From: Eledone cirrhosa
Taxonomy: Eukaryota
Assembly (NCBI GenBank): GCA_964016885.1
Contig: OZ024744.1
Span: 68,944,001-69,008,000, forward strand
Direction: 5' to 3'
DNA length: 64,000 nucleotides
The position numbers were made by a program, and so were the translations under genes. Under the pieces are notes generated by a model that saw only the letters and a list, made by a program, of their open reading frames with translations, did not search any database and was not told where the DNA came from. Shown here piece by piece: positions 49,079-63,272 of the stretch. Numbering within the stretch: the first letter of the stretch is position 1; each line of letters starts with the position of its first letter.

Positions 49079-50670
49079 TGTTTTTATAGTGAACGTCTTT
49101 TTCTTTTGTGTTGACTCTCTTGCTACGCGCGCACGCACACACACACACACATTGCAAGAATAAGCTATAACCTTCAGATATTCTTTCTCTGAGCTAGCCG
49201 TTTCCGATAGTGACTTCCGTATTCCATAGAAAAGAACAAGGGAGCCAGTAATATGATAAAACATGTAGGTGATAATTGAATATCAAGTTTTTGATTACCG
49301 GCTGTAAAAATATAAGCAAATGGTATTTGAAATATATATTGTATTGAAATGTAAACCAGCAACAAGTCTTTTCATTCGACATTTGTTTATTGTGGGAATT
49401 CCTTATTGTGACATGATGTCATTTTGTTATGATATTTTGTCAGTTTATGTCAAAATCATGTACAACTTCAATGACCTACTACCCACAATATAAATATGCT
49501 GACTGAAACATACCAATGCGTTATATATATATATATGTCTGTGAGAGAGAGAGAGAAAGTGTGTGTGGGTGTGTATGCATATAAATACACACATACACAC
49601 TTATACATCATTCTTTCGTACACACACATATTGTTACATGTATGTCTATGTCAAAATACGTGACAGATTTTACCCATCAAGGTCAAGTATTTTGATTGTT
49701 TAATTGTAGGAGAAAGCGCTGTTTTATTTACCCTTTTCAGGATTCCCTGCACTTGGTCTGAGGATAACTTCCTCAGACCAAAGCCAAAAGCGGGAACCCC
49801 GCTAAAGATACCCAATGGCTACATGACAATGATAAACATGGTGACGGATTAATTCTGCCTCGTAAAATCAGAAAGTGTTACATTTTCTAGATTTATCTTA
49901 TCTCTCAAACTTTTGGTCAACCTGAAGCTATGATTAAAATACATACCCAAGGCATTAACCATTGTCATTAAACAGAAACTATGTAATTGCTAATTGATTT
50001 TGTTGATCAAACAACCATACTTGCGCCCATTTATTTAGAAAATAGTTTCAAATTACATGGAAGGTGATCCAAAATCTAGTTATTGTTTTTTTGTTTTTTT
50101 TTTGTGAACCCACAAAGAAAAACTGGATTACTAACACATCGAGAGTTCGGAATAAATTTCTATACAGCCATAAAGTACTAGTAATGCACTGGGGTCTATT
50201 TAATCGACTGTCCCCTCCCACATAAATTTATTGGCCTTGCGCCTAAATCAGAAACCAATATGTAAAGCAGTTCTGCCGCTTAAAGACTAAATACACAAGC
50301 ATACGATTCCGCATATTTATTTATTCATAAGCAAATTACCAACATCTGGGTATGTCCTGTATATCAATGTAATCCCCAAGAATATATCGATCGTAAACTA
50401 ATTAAACTACCTTATTAATTCATTACCTGTTTAATATCTTTTATTCTTTGCCTTGGATGTGGTGCGGGTCGATAAATAGATACCAGTTCATAATAGTAGA
50501 TTGGTAGGATTATTAGTGTTCTAACAGTAACACCTGCAACAGCACCCGATACCAAACAACATTAACCCTTGCTTCTTTTCTCTTGAACATAGGTGATGTG
50601 GAGAGAAGAAACATGCATACATGTCCTCGTCCTTCTCAAAACATGAAGGATGACGAAGTAAGAGGGGGGG

Positions 50671-50706
50671 AAGAAGAAGAAGAAGAAGAAGAAGAAGAAG
50701 AAGAAG

Positions 50707-50738
<32 letters not shown>

Positions 50739-50783
50739 GAAGAAGAAGAAGAAGAAGAAGAAGAAGAAGAAGAAGAAGAAGAA
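50671..50783. repeat. (GAA)n microsatellite
   Basis: Read directly from the sequence. Confidence 0.99.
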
Positions 50784-50799
50784 AAAAAAAATATTTAAA

Positions 50800-51560
50800 T
50801 GAATTCCAAATAAAAGAAGCCTCAGAATTAGATGAACAAAGATCAAGCACAGAAAAAGCTATACACACGAAACCCTCACTAAAAATGCAGCCTTAAATAA
50901 TCTCACCTGCAAATGGCAACTAACAATGCTGATGTCGACAAAATCCTTACCCATCAGTGGTTAGTGTCTCTTGCCTTAAAATCAGAGACAGAAGGCTTTA
51001 TCATAGCAGTCAGGAATCTAGGCCTACCTACAAGAAGCTATCAGGCCAACATCTTAAAGAACGGTTGTAGTCCAACATGTTGAATATGTAAACAACTACC
51101 TGAAACCAGCGATCATATTGTCCCCATGTATAACCTTCTTTCTCTCTCAGAGAATCCCAATAGACATGATGGAGTTGCACATTATATCCACTGGGTAATT
51201 TGAAAGGACGTGGACTTGCCCCATCATAAAAATTGGTGGGAACACTAACTCTTTCTAGTACATGGAAAATATCTTATTTCACTCATATGGAACTTTTCTG
51301 TTTAATCTGATACAAATATGCCAGACATTATATATTTGTCAAAACCTACCAAAATTTGAGCAAGTACAAAGATCTTGGAATAGGAACTGGCAAAATGTAG
51401 AAACTAGAACAAAACTCATGACTTTAGGTCCCCTAGGAATAATAGCAAGAGGGACCGATTATTACCTATCACAAATTCCCTGAAATCCAAAATGGACGAA
51501 ATTCAGAAAATAGTGCTCATGGGGACTGATTGTATCCTACGAAAAATACTGTCTATATAA
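50800..51560 (+). mobile_element. Decayed R4-clade LINE 3' fragment (second family)
   Basis: LKSETEGFIIA, C..C...ET.DHIV, RHD.VA.YIHW, KYKDL, LG.I remnants. Confidence 0.8.
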
Positions 51561-52019
51561 CTCCATACTATCCTTTTACCACCAAAACTACTTTTAATTA
51601 TAGGAGAAAGCGCTGTTTTATTTACCCTTTTCAGGATTCCCTGCAATTGGTCTGAGGATAACTTCCTCAGACCAAAGCCAAACTTTAATGTTCTCATGTT
51701 TTGACAGACATTTTGTAGAACAATATTTATGGACCCAAGGAACATAATTAAAACCAAAATGTTTATCACCGAACTACATTCTTCTCCCAAACGTGGGTGT
51801 TATCAACCTTCTCTGTCCGCCGAGGCTGTGGGGAGGCCAGCACGTGGGGCCCCATTTTCTCACCATACGGATTAATAGGCAAAGTCCATATTATTATAAA
51901 GCGAATCGTTACTTAATACGTCCGCTTGAACTTATAAGTTACTGTCTCTTGAGGTCACTGAGTGAGACTTGGTGTCAGCTCGTACATACACAAAGCGAAA
52001 TCCAAACATCGAAATAATT

Positions 52020-52640
52020 ATTTCTACTTTTAGCACAAGGCCAGCAATTACCTAGTAAGTTACTGGTACTTTATTTTATCGACCCCGTAAGGATGAAAGG
52101 CAAAGTTAACCTCGGCGGGATTTGAACTCAGATCATAAAGAGCCGTAACTCTTTGCTTGCAAAGCATGGCGTCCGAGCCTCTACCGATACTGCCAATCCA
52201 CCGCCCTCGAAATAATAATAATAATTGTTTCTACTTTTTTTGAAGACGCGGCGGAGGCGGAGGGCAGGCGCTAACGTGCAGGCGGGGCGGACGAGTACTG
52301 GGCGGCAGCTCGTTCGAGACGGAATCAGCCGACAGCGCATAGGGTAAGCCGGCACGTACCCGTCTTGAAAACAAAAGATTCCCAAGCCGGAACTGATCGC
52401 ACCCGTAACCGTTTTCTTCGAGCTCGTCCAATCAAGCTTTAATGGTTTCTTATATAGGCACAAGGCAAGCATTTTTTTGGGGTGGGGGGGGGGGGGGAGT
52501 CGATTAAATCTACCCAGTGGGTTACTGGTACTTTATTTTATCGACCCCGTAAGGATGAAAGGCAGGGATAACCTCAGTGGGATTTGAACTCGGAACGCAA
52601 AGGGCCGTAACTCTGCGCTCTACTGATTCTGCAAATCCAT
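52020..52640 (-). mobile_element. Two tRNA-derived SINEs (52020-52206 and 52441-52640) flanking a GC-rich insert
   Basis: Family core appears twice. Confidence 0.88.
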
Positions 52641-54194
52641 AATAATAATAGGGATAAAACCAAAAGCGTGCCAGGTGTATGAATTACAAGTATACTCTAT
52701 CCGGTGGCTTTGAAATAGTTTCTGTCTACCAACACAGCCGGATGGTTGAAACAGGTAAAAGAGTAAAAGAGTAATATCCTACGCAAATAGATCGAAATCT
52801 TATAACTGTGAAGTGAACTACTTGATCATTCAGCCTTGCTGGTTCTTGCCCTGTGTTATCATTACAGTTGATAGACATTCATTTAACCTTTTCTCTACTG
52901 ATATAGAAGACAATTGTATTGTATTACCTAACTCACTTAAGTACATTCAAACGTACTTCCTTGGTTTCCTGGTTATGTTGTAAATTACATTCAATGAAAT
53001 TATTGACCTTTCAACCGGACAACGTTTTACACAGTAGTTTTTCGGGTCAATTATTTTAAAGTTTCACATTAAACATGTTATACATGCTACTTAGCTGTCT
53101 CTTCTATTTTTTCTTTCTCATTTTGTTTCAAATATAAAGCTTCATGACCAATAGAAAATATTAGAACTACAACAAGTTAATAGATTTATTTACCTAATAA
53201 AAAATTATGCTTTTGGGTAGTACCTTATTCAAAAAAAAAAAAAACAGGAACATTATTTATTGATTATTTCCAAATGACTTAATTTTTTTATGCGAACACT
53301 TAGTTGTATATGCGACAGTTCTGCAGTCTCTACTTGCATTCGCTAATTCAAACATTTTATTAGTTTTTCTCCACTAGAAACAAAACAAATTTAGTTATAG
53401 CTAAACCCACAGAAAACGAATAAATGAATTACGTCCCTTTGACAACTGACAAATTAGGTAAATTATTGATTTACTTATTTCCTTTTATGGAAAGAAATGT
53501 ATTTTTTTCCAGTCCTTGTTTTAAAAAATCTTTAAACGTTTGATTCAGTTAATGTCTCACACAGTAACATTTATTTACTATCGAAATCACCATCTTTCAA
53601 GCAATAAAACTTTTCTTTACTATTTTTTATTTCCTTGCTTTCATTATCTCTTCTTTTTCACGTTTTGCAAATATTTGGCGAAGCTCTTCATACAGCTTAA
53701 AATCACTACTTCCCTTGTTCTTACCGCTTTATTCAATATCACAAATGCTTTTGGACAAAATATTTCACCCGTCTTTGTTATTCTGGAGAGATATCCTTTT
53801 GTTCTGTATTTGTTTATTCCAGTCCAGCCCGTATATCTTGCATCTCACCTATCATCTTTTTCATTTGTAGAATGGTCTTTTCTACATAACAGCTTTTCGC
53901 AAGCTCTATTTTCTTCCTGGCAATACATATGGCTGTGTTGCACAAACAATATGACGTAGTGAATCTAGTAACATCATATGGCAGCAAAATTGTGTTATTT
54001 TAAGTTCTTTCACCGGAAGTGTCAAAGATATCTAATATTTTGTAGTATCCCTTTACAACCTAACGGCAGTTGATATAATACATACACAACAGTTGAATAA
54101 GTTGAATAAATTATACTTGGAGACTGAGAAAAGAAGGATGGATACACCCGTGGAAAGTGAAACGTGAATATTTCGAATTCTGGAAGTCATATTT

Positions 54195-54530
54195 ATAGTA
54201 TTGTATTCTAGGAGAAAGCAACTCTGGAAACTGGGATAACTCTAATATAAAACCTGCGTATAGTATTGTATTCTTGGAGAAGGCAACTCAGGAAACTGGG
54301 ATAACTCTGATATAAAACCTGCGGTTACCGATGATGTTGATCTTTTCTTCTTTTCGGGTTATAGCTACTGTCGCTCAGAGAGTGGGATTGGCTCAGTGCA
54401 CAGTCTTTCCTCACTTTAAAAAATATCTTCATGCACAGGATAGAATTAATTAATAATTATCAATAATGGTATATCGTGCAATGGCCATACTCGATAACGA
54501 GGGGACAGCCATGATGTATGTATGTATGTT
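54195..54530 (+). mobile_element. Non-autonomous derivative of the RTE at 3890-8160 (5' UTR fused to 3' terminus), family B
   Basis: 54270-54468 matches 3977-4188; 54476-54515 matches 8118-8158; tandem ~63 bp duplication at the start. Confidence 0.88.
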
Positions 54531-54757
54531 CTTCTGGTTTTATAATTTCACAAATGTTTTCCCAATAGAGAGAGAGTCGGTTTCTAACATAGACACAAGA
54601 CTCTCTCATTGGAATTTAGACAACATCAACTAGGTAGATTATGCATGCATGTCTGCATGCATGTGTAGATATGGATGTTATTGTATGTGTGGATGTTTAT
54701 GTTTTGAGTTGTATGTGCATGTGTATATGCTTTGTATCTGTACATGTGTATATGCAG

Positions 54758-57700
54758 TTATTAGATGCAACATGTTTGGAATGTTTTACATATTTTTACT
54801 GTTCCATTAATGGATTGTACTTGTAATTTCCTAACTAGTTGTGTTCTTTCTGTTCCTGTGAAGCCTAGCGTCTCAAGATTTGTATTGGGGCAGTTACTAA
54901 CATACCCCAGTGCCCCAATAATCACAGGCATAAATCTGAAGGTATAATCAGGGTGGAGTATCTGCAGATTTCTCATCAGTTCTGCATAAATATTCTCCTT
55001 TTCGCTAATCTTTGATATTATATTGGCATCTGCTGGGCAGCTAATTTCCACTACTGTGCATGCTTTCTTCTCCCTGTCCCATATCATAATATCTGATCTG
55101 TTATGCCTGCATTGTATTGGGGATTTTACTGGATCATTCCACCTGTACTCTTTCATATTATGTACATGGATGTTTTCCACATTGCTGTAACTTTTAATGA
55201 GTTTATTATCGGGGCTATGTTTTTTACGAACTGCATTGTACAGTGATGTTGCCACTACATCATGCCTCATAGGTAGATAGTACCACAATGACATCTTTGG
55301 ACAGCTGCTAATGAGCGGTTGTTGGTCCAAGATAGACTACTTTCCTTATCTATATTACTCTCACTCTGGAGCTTCCTGGCAACATATCCATGCATGATTT
55401 TTTGCTGATAAGCATGCAATTTTTCATCCATGGATTCACTGCGATACTTCTGAGCGACTTCCCTGGGTGTCAGATTTGATTATCACACAGGGAATATCTC
55501 TCGAGGAGTTCCTTCCCAACTCTCATGATCTTATCTGTTTCATGCAGATAGACTTGCTCGAGAAACGGGCTCCTACACTTTGAGGTTCGTAGATGTTGTC
55601 GGAGAGATATGATGCGACATTCAAATGCTGTCTGGACTGATGTTAGGCCTCTGCCTCCCTACTTACGTTTCAAGTAAAGGCAGTCTACGTCACTGTTGAT
55701 GTGGAAGTTTCCGGTGTTGCTTAGTATTTTTCGAGTTCCAACATCAACTGCTCGGATTTAGTCTGTCGTCCAATTGAGTATTCCAAACGTTGGTGTTAGG
55801 ACAGGCACAGCAAACACATTGTGAGCCACTGTTTTGTTTTGCGCAGAGAGTTCCGATGACCAGATCTTTCTTAATCGGGTGTAGTATTCCCTGGTTACGG
55901 ATTCCGTATTACAGATACCATTATAGGATATGTTCTCATCTATCCCCAGGTATCTGTAGCAGTCCTCATCAGATATCGGTGAAAGAGTTAGGCCATTGAT
56001 GACAATGTTTCTAGATTGGGTTGTTGTTTATCTCCGCTTTACAGTCATGTATGAACATTTATCTTGGCCAAACTCCATTCCTATATCCTTTGAGAACGTT
56101 GTAACCAGATCAAGATTTTTCTTCATCCCATCCATGTTCTTGGCATAGAGTTTTAGATCGTCCACAAAGAAATTATGGGTTAGGTTCGTATGTCTGTCCT
56201 CCTGTGAGCCAATGATGTATCCCTCACATTTCTTCAGCAGAAAGGACAAGGGGTTTAATGACAGGATGAATAATATCACAGAGAGACTGTCCCCCTGAAA
56301 TATACCCCTGCAATATTTTATTTTATCCGTGAAAATAGAGTCCTCTCTCTCTGTCTTTAACCTTAGGATAGTAGCCCAAGAAGAAGACAGCTTCTCTATG
56401 GCTTTGACAATGTCTGGAACTTTAACAAGTTGGAGGGCCTCTATCATCCAAGAGTGGGGAACAGAATCGAAAGCTTTCCTGTAGTCCAGCCAGACAGTAG
56501 CCATATTCCTCCTAAGTAGTGGCACCTCCGACATCTCAGTTTTGTTAATTAGTTGTTCAGCACATCCCCAAACCCCTTTCTTTCCAGCTGCTAGTTCATC
56601 TGTGATGATGTTATTATATTCACAGTGATCTTGGAGGAATAGGTTCAGGCTGTATACATCTTATACATCAGGTTCTGGCATGCAATGGGTCGGTAGTTTT
56701 TTGCCAAGTGGGTGTCTTTGTTCTTGGGGACCAGTAATGTTTGTGCTAATGGCAACCATTCTGGTATAAGTGTATCTCCCTTAAGAACTTGTTGGTAGAG
56801 GTCAGTAAGATACCTCCGATAGAATATCAGTTTTTTGTACTAGTTGCCGACAATCATGTCTCTTCCTGGTGTTTTCCTATCACAGTCTCAAGGATACCCC
56901 ACTTATTTCGTATGTTTTTGTTGTAGTGTAGGGGCAATAGTTCTTTCGGATTTCTCTTAGCCACACTGTATCTTGGTTGAAATTCTTCTTTTCACCCCAT
57001 ATTTTGCTCCAAAAGGAATATGTCTTTCAGTGACACTTATTATTTTGTTCTCATATCTCTATAGACTGATGTTTGGTTTCGTCTGAATCTTTTATTAAGC
57101 ACTTTTCTCTCATCTACCTTCTTCAGGTATCGGCGTTTTTCGCTAACAGCTCTCAATTCTTGTTTGAGGGTGATCAGTTTATATTGAAGATTTTTGGTTC
57201 TACTGTTACCAAACATCGTCTCTATTTTATTTTTCACTCTTTGTTGGTGAGGAGTGAGGTTTTTTGTGTTTGTTTGCATGTAAGGAGCAATGTCACATAT
57301 CCTATGGTTTTTTCGTAGGTCAGCAATCTTTTTATCTATTTTAGTTATATATGATGGTATTTTTTGGTGGTGTTCTGTTCTTGTTAATACCTTTGCTATC
57401 ACCAAGATAATGCTTCACTGTCGTTGCTAAGGCATATAAACAGGCGTTGAATTGCCAAAATGTTGAGGTTTTTATCCGTCGTAAATATTCATCCACTATT
57501 TCGTCAATAACACGTAATATTTCATTATTTGGTTTGTTATTAAATATTGTCGTTTTCACACGTTCAGCAAGAGAGATACACGAGTTAATTTCTCTCTGGA
57601 AGATTTCGTTGAGGGAAATTTTCAATTGTTTATACTTTTGATTATTATCATTATCGATAGTATTTTCCACAACAGTCGAGGTAGACTTAGATGGTACACG

Positions 57701-58200
57701 TGCTGTCAACTTTCTTACAGGTATAGTTGTTTCAAGGCACTGCTCGACCTGGCTGCTAGGAAGTCTAGTAGCATGGCGACCTGTAGCACGTGTTTTTGAT
57801 AACATGTTTGTTGTGGGGGACTTACAATTAATACTATTTATCTTATTTTTACGTTCAACAAACGTCGCTTGTTGGCGTAATTGTTTTGCTGTGAAATAAT
57901 TTAGCTCTGGGTGTATTTCGTCTCAGTGTAGCTTCATTCTGTTCATTTGGCCAACGGAGGAATTGTTTTTTGCCATTTTATAACAATTAAATAAATCATC
58001 ATTAAGTTCGCAACTCCAAGAGAAATGCGATTTATAATTTGAGTCTCTTTTGTAGCTACAACTGAATAAAGTTTGTTTACCTTTCTTGTTGTTTGTCTTC
58101 GGTACTTCCTTAATATTGTTGTTGATGTTGTGTTCAGCCACGCTGTTTGTATCAAATCCTTGTAAAATGAATTATGTATTTAGTCGGATATCTCTACGAA
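54758..58200 (-). mobile_element. R4/Dong-type LINE, near full-length, disrupted
   Basis: WLDYRKAFDSVPH, GIFQGDSLS and FVDDLKLY (RT); RLE at 54761-55330; ORF N-terminus near 58141. Confidence 0.92.
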
Positions 58201-58351
58201 TTCGAATAAAATGTGTCTTCAGAAGATATAGTTAGAAGAATAACCAGTTATTCAACATGACTGTAGTTGTGACATTACTGTCAGAGATAGTATTCATCTT
58301 AAATTTAATAAATAGTTTCCCACGCCAAAATATGCGACTGATAGCGTTGAC

Positions 58352-58952
58352 TGTATGTATGTATGTATGTATGTATGTATGTATGTATGTATGTATGTAT
58401 GTATGTATGTATGTATGTATCGCAAAGGAAAAACAAAGAAAATGTCAAAGAGACGTCCAAAAGTGACAATAGAGTATGATACCGAGCTGGAGCAACCTTC
58501 TACCTCCAAAGAGAAGTTGAAATATTGAAATGTTATTGGAGGTCTGGAATGGGGGTGATGGGGGTGGGTTGAGGTGGTGTGGGTGAACTGGAATTTAAAC
58601 AGTTTGCACCTTTTTGTCTGTGGATGTATGTATGTATGTGGGTAGGTAGGTGTGTATGTAGGTATGTATGTATATATGTAGTTATGTGTATGTATGTGTG
58701 TAGGTATGTATGTATATATGTAGGTATGTATGTGTGTATGTATGTATATATGTAGGTATGTGTGTATGTATGTATATATGTAGGTATGTATGCGTGTATG
58801 TAGGTATGTAGGTATGTATGTATGTGTGTATGTAGATATGTATGTGTGTATGTATGTATATATGTAGGTATGTATGTGTGTATGTATGTATATATGTAGG
58901 TATGTATGTGTGTATGTAGGTATGTATGTATATATGTAGGTATGTATGTATG
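58352..58952. repeat. (GTAT)n-derived microsatellite blocks
   Basis: Read directly from the sequence; interrupted by unique sequence at 58420-58620. Confidence 0.9.
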
Positions 58953-58954
58953 TG

Positions 58955-59533
58955 CAACCCCACCAAGGTTTCTTGGTGAGGAGGGTGACTTTGGACATCC
59001 AGCAGGACTAAAAACATAACCTGTCAAAGGGCAAAGGAGCTCCTAAGAGTCAATGGCCATCCAAAATCACCGGGAGAGATGACCCCTTAGCCTTTGTCAA
59101 GGCAGAATTCTAGGAGAAGGAAAACTCTGATATAGCACCTGCAACCCTGATGGTATCCAATGATGTTGACGTGTTCTTCTTTTTGGTAAATATCAACTTG
59201 GTTAAGAGAGTGGGACTGGCTTTGTGCAGTGCCTTTGCTCACTATAAAAGCTTCACGGCACAGACATTGCTTTATATCTGGAGATGTCTCTGCACTTGTC
59301 ATCACGGGGTACAATGGGCCCAGCACTATGTGTCAGTAATTGTCACAAGTGTCATGTTTGTACCAGAGTTTTCAAGTCGCTGGCTGTACTAAAAAGTCAC
59401 ACTCGTTCAGTGCATCAGTAGGGGTTCTCCTACATGGATATAAAGTAGTGGCCGTACTCGAAAATGAGTTGGCAGCCACCATGTATGTATGTATGTATGT
59501 ATGTATGTATGTATGTATGTATGTATGTATGTA
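58955..59533 (+). mobile_element. Non-autonomous RTE end-derived element, family A (second copy)
   Basis: Near-identical to 2135-2712; (GTAT)n tail. Confidence 0.82.
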
Positions 59534-59700
59534 TAAGTGAGTGGTTATAATGGAATATTCCACTATTAATTGTGGTAAGGTGTGAAAAGCTCAATGCCCG
59601 CTAAAGTACTTAAGGAATTCAAAACATTCGAAACAATCTTCCGAATGTTAAAGTTGTTGTTGTTAGAAGAAAACCAAGGTTTTTTAATTAAATCCATCTT

Positions 59701-59831
59701 TAATCTCTACAATCGTTTCTATACAAGTAAGAAGCTTACATGTATATGTAAACAACGAATCAATCACTGATAACTAATTCACAACTATTCACACAAAATA
59801 TAAACATACTTGTATATCATCAGGAGTATTA
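59701..59831 (-). ncRNA. Hammerhead motif with a 10-bp stem II closing a ~77 nt insert
   Basis: Reverse strand reads TAAT-A-CTC CTGATGA TATACAAGTA...TACTTGTATA GAAAC GATT GTA GAG-ATTA. Confidence 0.82.
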
Positions 59832-59969
59832 AGAGGGACTGAATTCAAGACAAACACGTATCAAGAACATTAGTAAGTACTGAATATGAGCAAGCAATGA
59901 AAAAAGCAAGCAAAGCGGGTGGACGTAAAGGGTGGTAATTACAGTGAAGTAGTATGTTTTTACCTAGTG

Positions 59970-60465
59970 CCAGCCGCTGTGTTTCCAAAAACACCAAGAT
60001 CTGCGTATACAACACATCGATTGTCTCAGTCCTTCTCTATGGGTCGGAGACTTTGCCGCTTAACAAGGGCCTAGCGGCTCACCTGTATGGGTTCGACAGC
60101 GGAGCTTTAAGGAGGATCGAAAGAATATATTGGTGCCAACATGTCACCAACGTCGAGCTACGTCAGCGGATCAGACAGGCCCCAGCCTCAGCCCGTGCGG
60201 TGCGTGGACGCGTCAGATTATATGAACACCTCCTACGCCTCCCTCCTGACCATTCCACCCATGCCATCCTGAAGTTCGATCAAGCTGCAAGATGGAGACG
60301 CCCACGAGAAGCCCCTCGCACTCGATGGCTGGATACTCTTGCCAAGTACCTTCAAGCCTGTGGAGTTCAAATGCCACAAACACAACAAACGAGGAGGATG
60401 GAGGGCACTAATGAACATGGTTGGCTCAATGCGTTGGCTTGCCACGCACGAGTGAAAAGAAGAAG
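59970..60465 (+). mobile_element. RTE-like LINE 3' fragment
   Basis: TKICVYN...SVLLYGSET...LRRI...W...VTN.EL...RPR..PRTRW. Confidence 0.85.
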
Positions 60466-61406
60466 ATTTTTTTAAAGGTTTATTTCGTGGAAGCATTGGA
60501 AAAACAACCCTACATGTGACCTCAATATCTTGCAGTGATTTTTATTTGTTTACACTGTAAAAAGTGTATCTAAATTTTATGAAATACGTAGGCATAACCG
60601 TAACTAATTGCTCTATTTATTAGATTTGAAACTGCTTAAGTTGACCTCGGAAATTTGACAAAACAATGTCAAAATCTATTTGAAATTTTGATCTCTCTTT
60701 TTACAATTCAAAATTTACAGCCTGAATTTGAAACGTGTATATTAATTCTCCTTGCTTCATTGCCATCTAGGTCAAATGAAACATACATGTTCAACATTGC
60801 TAGAGAAACCAAAGGATACTTGAAATTTCAGAAAATGACAGCGAAAAGAAATACTTATAAATTATTTTGCCCGTCATATTCTATACAGCTAGTTACTGAA
60901 TCTTTATAGATTACACATTCCGTGCTGTTTAGTCTGTGGGAGCTGATTCGGTATGACCATTTCCAAGACCAATGGGTTTAGTGGGAGTGAAAGGAAGAGA
61001 GAGAGGGAGAAATGTGTCCTCAAACAGGATGCCTAGCTCTGATGCGTGCAACAGACTGGATTCCGGTAAAAACACTCAAGGGCTAGTGACCACAATGGGA
61101 TTTGAACTGAGACCGTAAAGTGCCAGTATAAATATCGCAAGAAATCTCGCTCAATACTCTAACAGTTCTCCCAGTCGACTACCCTAGAGTTGAACTTTAT
61201 TCTATCAACTCTGAAATATTGAAAAGCAAAGTTGTCTTTGATGGGATTTGAACTTAGTGCGCAGAGTGCAGCCACCATAAGTCTACGCTCTGTACGTGTG
61301 GGGCTGTAATTCATGATGGAGTCGTAAGAGCGCCATCATGACATACTTTAAACCTGGCAGAGTCCATCACCTCTCGAGGTCTGAATACATTTGATTTCTA
61401 CCTGAT

Positions 61407-61452
<46 letters not shown>

Positions 61453-62159
61453 AGAGAGGGGGAGAGAGGGAGAGAGAGTAGAAAAGAGGAAGTAAGAAAG
61501 AAACAAAGCGGAATAATCAACCATAGTATAGAATTGGTCCTTTTTTTCTTTCTTTTTTTTTGAATGATGAAATACTAATTTGCCCTCAGTCGGATTTGAA
61601 GTCAGAGAGCGCAGAACTGAAATGAACACTGCTAGGCATTCATGTCATAAACAATACTCTCTAGCAACATGAATAATGACGTATGTAGTGTGCCATTGAC
61701 GTAACCTCGTTTGACCTGAGCAGTCAGATTCCTTTCACAGATTACACCGTGCCTTCTATTTAAAAAAAAAAAGGATATATCTAAGATTACGTCGGGTAAT
61801 GTAGTCCTAGGTATATTATGTCGGTAGAAAATCCTCAGTACCGACAAAAATGATAACAACAGGAGCAACAAGAAGAATATTCACAACTTTAATAACAAGA
61901 AATCAAAAATAAAGAGAAATGAAACCTCATAAACAGAGACTGGTGTCTCGTCATTAGAACTTGATACTTGAACAAAATCTAGGCAACGCGAAGTATTACA
62001 GACAACAACACATATGTATAACAACGAGGAGGGCAATATATGGCTAACAATAACAAATTGTTGCATCAGAACACACATCGCAGGAAAAGAGATAAGATAA
62101 TCAGTCGTCTCTATGTATGGCGTTGTAACTCCAGGTATAAATGGAGTTTATTTCTTTCC

Positions 62160-62631
62160 GAGAAAGAGAGAGAGAGGCGGGGTATGGTGATAGTGGGAGG
62201 GGGAGGGGAGATTGACAGTGACAGAGGGAAGGGTGAGAGAGAGAGTGATGGTGAGAGAGACACGGTGAGAGAGGGAGGTGTGAGAGAGAGACACGGTGAG
62301 AGGGGGAGGGGTGAGAGAGAGACGGTAACAGAGAGAGGGGTGAGAGAGTGATGGTGAGAGAGGAAGGCGTGAGAGAGAGAGGGTGAGAGAGAGAGAGGTG
62401 GTAGAGAGACGGTGAGACAGAGAGGGTGAGAGAGATGGGTGAGAGAGGTGGTAGAGAGACGGTGAGATAGATGGGTGAGAGAGAGAGAGTGAGAGAGAGG
62501 GGTGAGAGAGAGGGGTGAGAGAGAGAGAGACAGTGAGATAGTGGGGTGAGAGAGATGGTGAAAAAGAGAGGGGTGAGAGAGAGACGGTGAGAGAGAGGGG
62601 GGTGAGAAAGAGAGAGACGGTGAGAGAGAGA

Positions 62632-62676
<45 letters not shown>

Positions 62677-62755
62677 GAGAAAGATAGAGACGGTATGTGA
62701 GAGAGAAAGAGAGAAAGAGACGGTGTGTGTGTGAGAGAGAGGTGGCGACAGAGAG
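62160..62755. repeat. Purine-rich (GA)n/GGTGA degenerate array
   Basis: Read directly from the sequence. Confidence 0.95.
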
Positions 62756-63092
62756 AACCTAAGAAAGAGATATAGAGACAGTATATAACCCTGTATTTCT
62801 CCACCTCAGAAAAAAGAGTTGAGCTCGGCGGGATTTGAACTCTGAGCACAGAGAGAGCCGGAATAAATGCGACAAAGCTACCTAGGTGTCCATATAACAA
62901 ACATAATAAAGGATGCTACCTAATTTTCGCAGGATCAAGACGCCTTGTATTTTTCTATTTGATTCGTGTTGCATCTCAGCATAAACAATAACAACATTAT
63001 GTATATATGTATGCACGTATAAATACCATTTCACATATATAAATAGCCGTTTCTACTATATATATATGTATATATATATCTATATATATATA

Positions 63093-63199
<107 letters not shown>

Positions 63200-63207
63200 G
63201 TACATAT

Positions 63208-63272
<65 letters not shown>

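Noticed and set aside
52358-52372. ACCCGTCTTGAAA resembling 28S rRNA
   Set aside because: Similarity does not extend on either side
53540-54190. Possible decayed coding fragment
   Set aside because: No recognisable motif and multiple stops; left unassigned
58188-58228. Hammerhead-like motif on the minus strand in the R4 5' region
   Set aside because: Stem I pairs well, but the core reads GAAU rather than GAAA and stem II is unpaired
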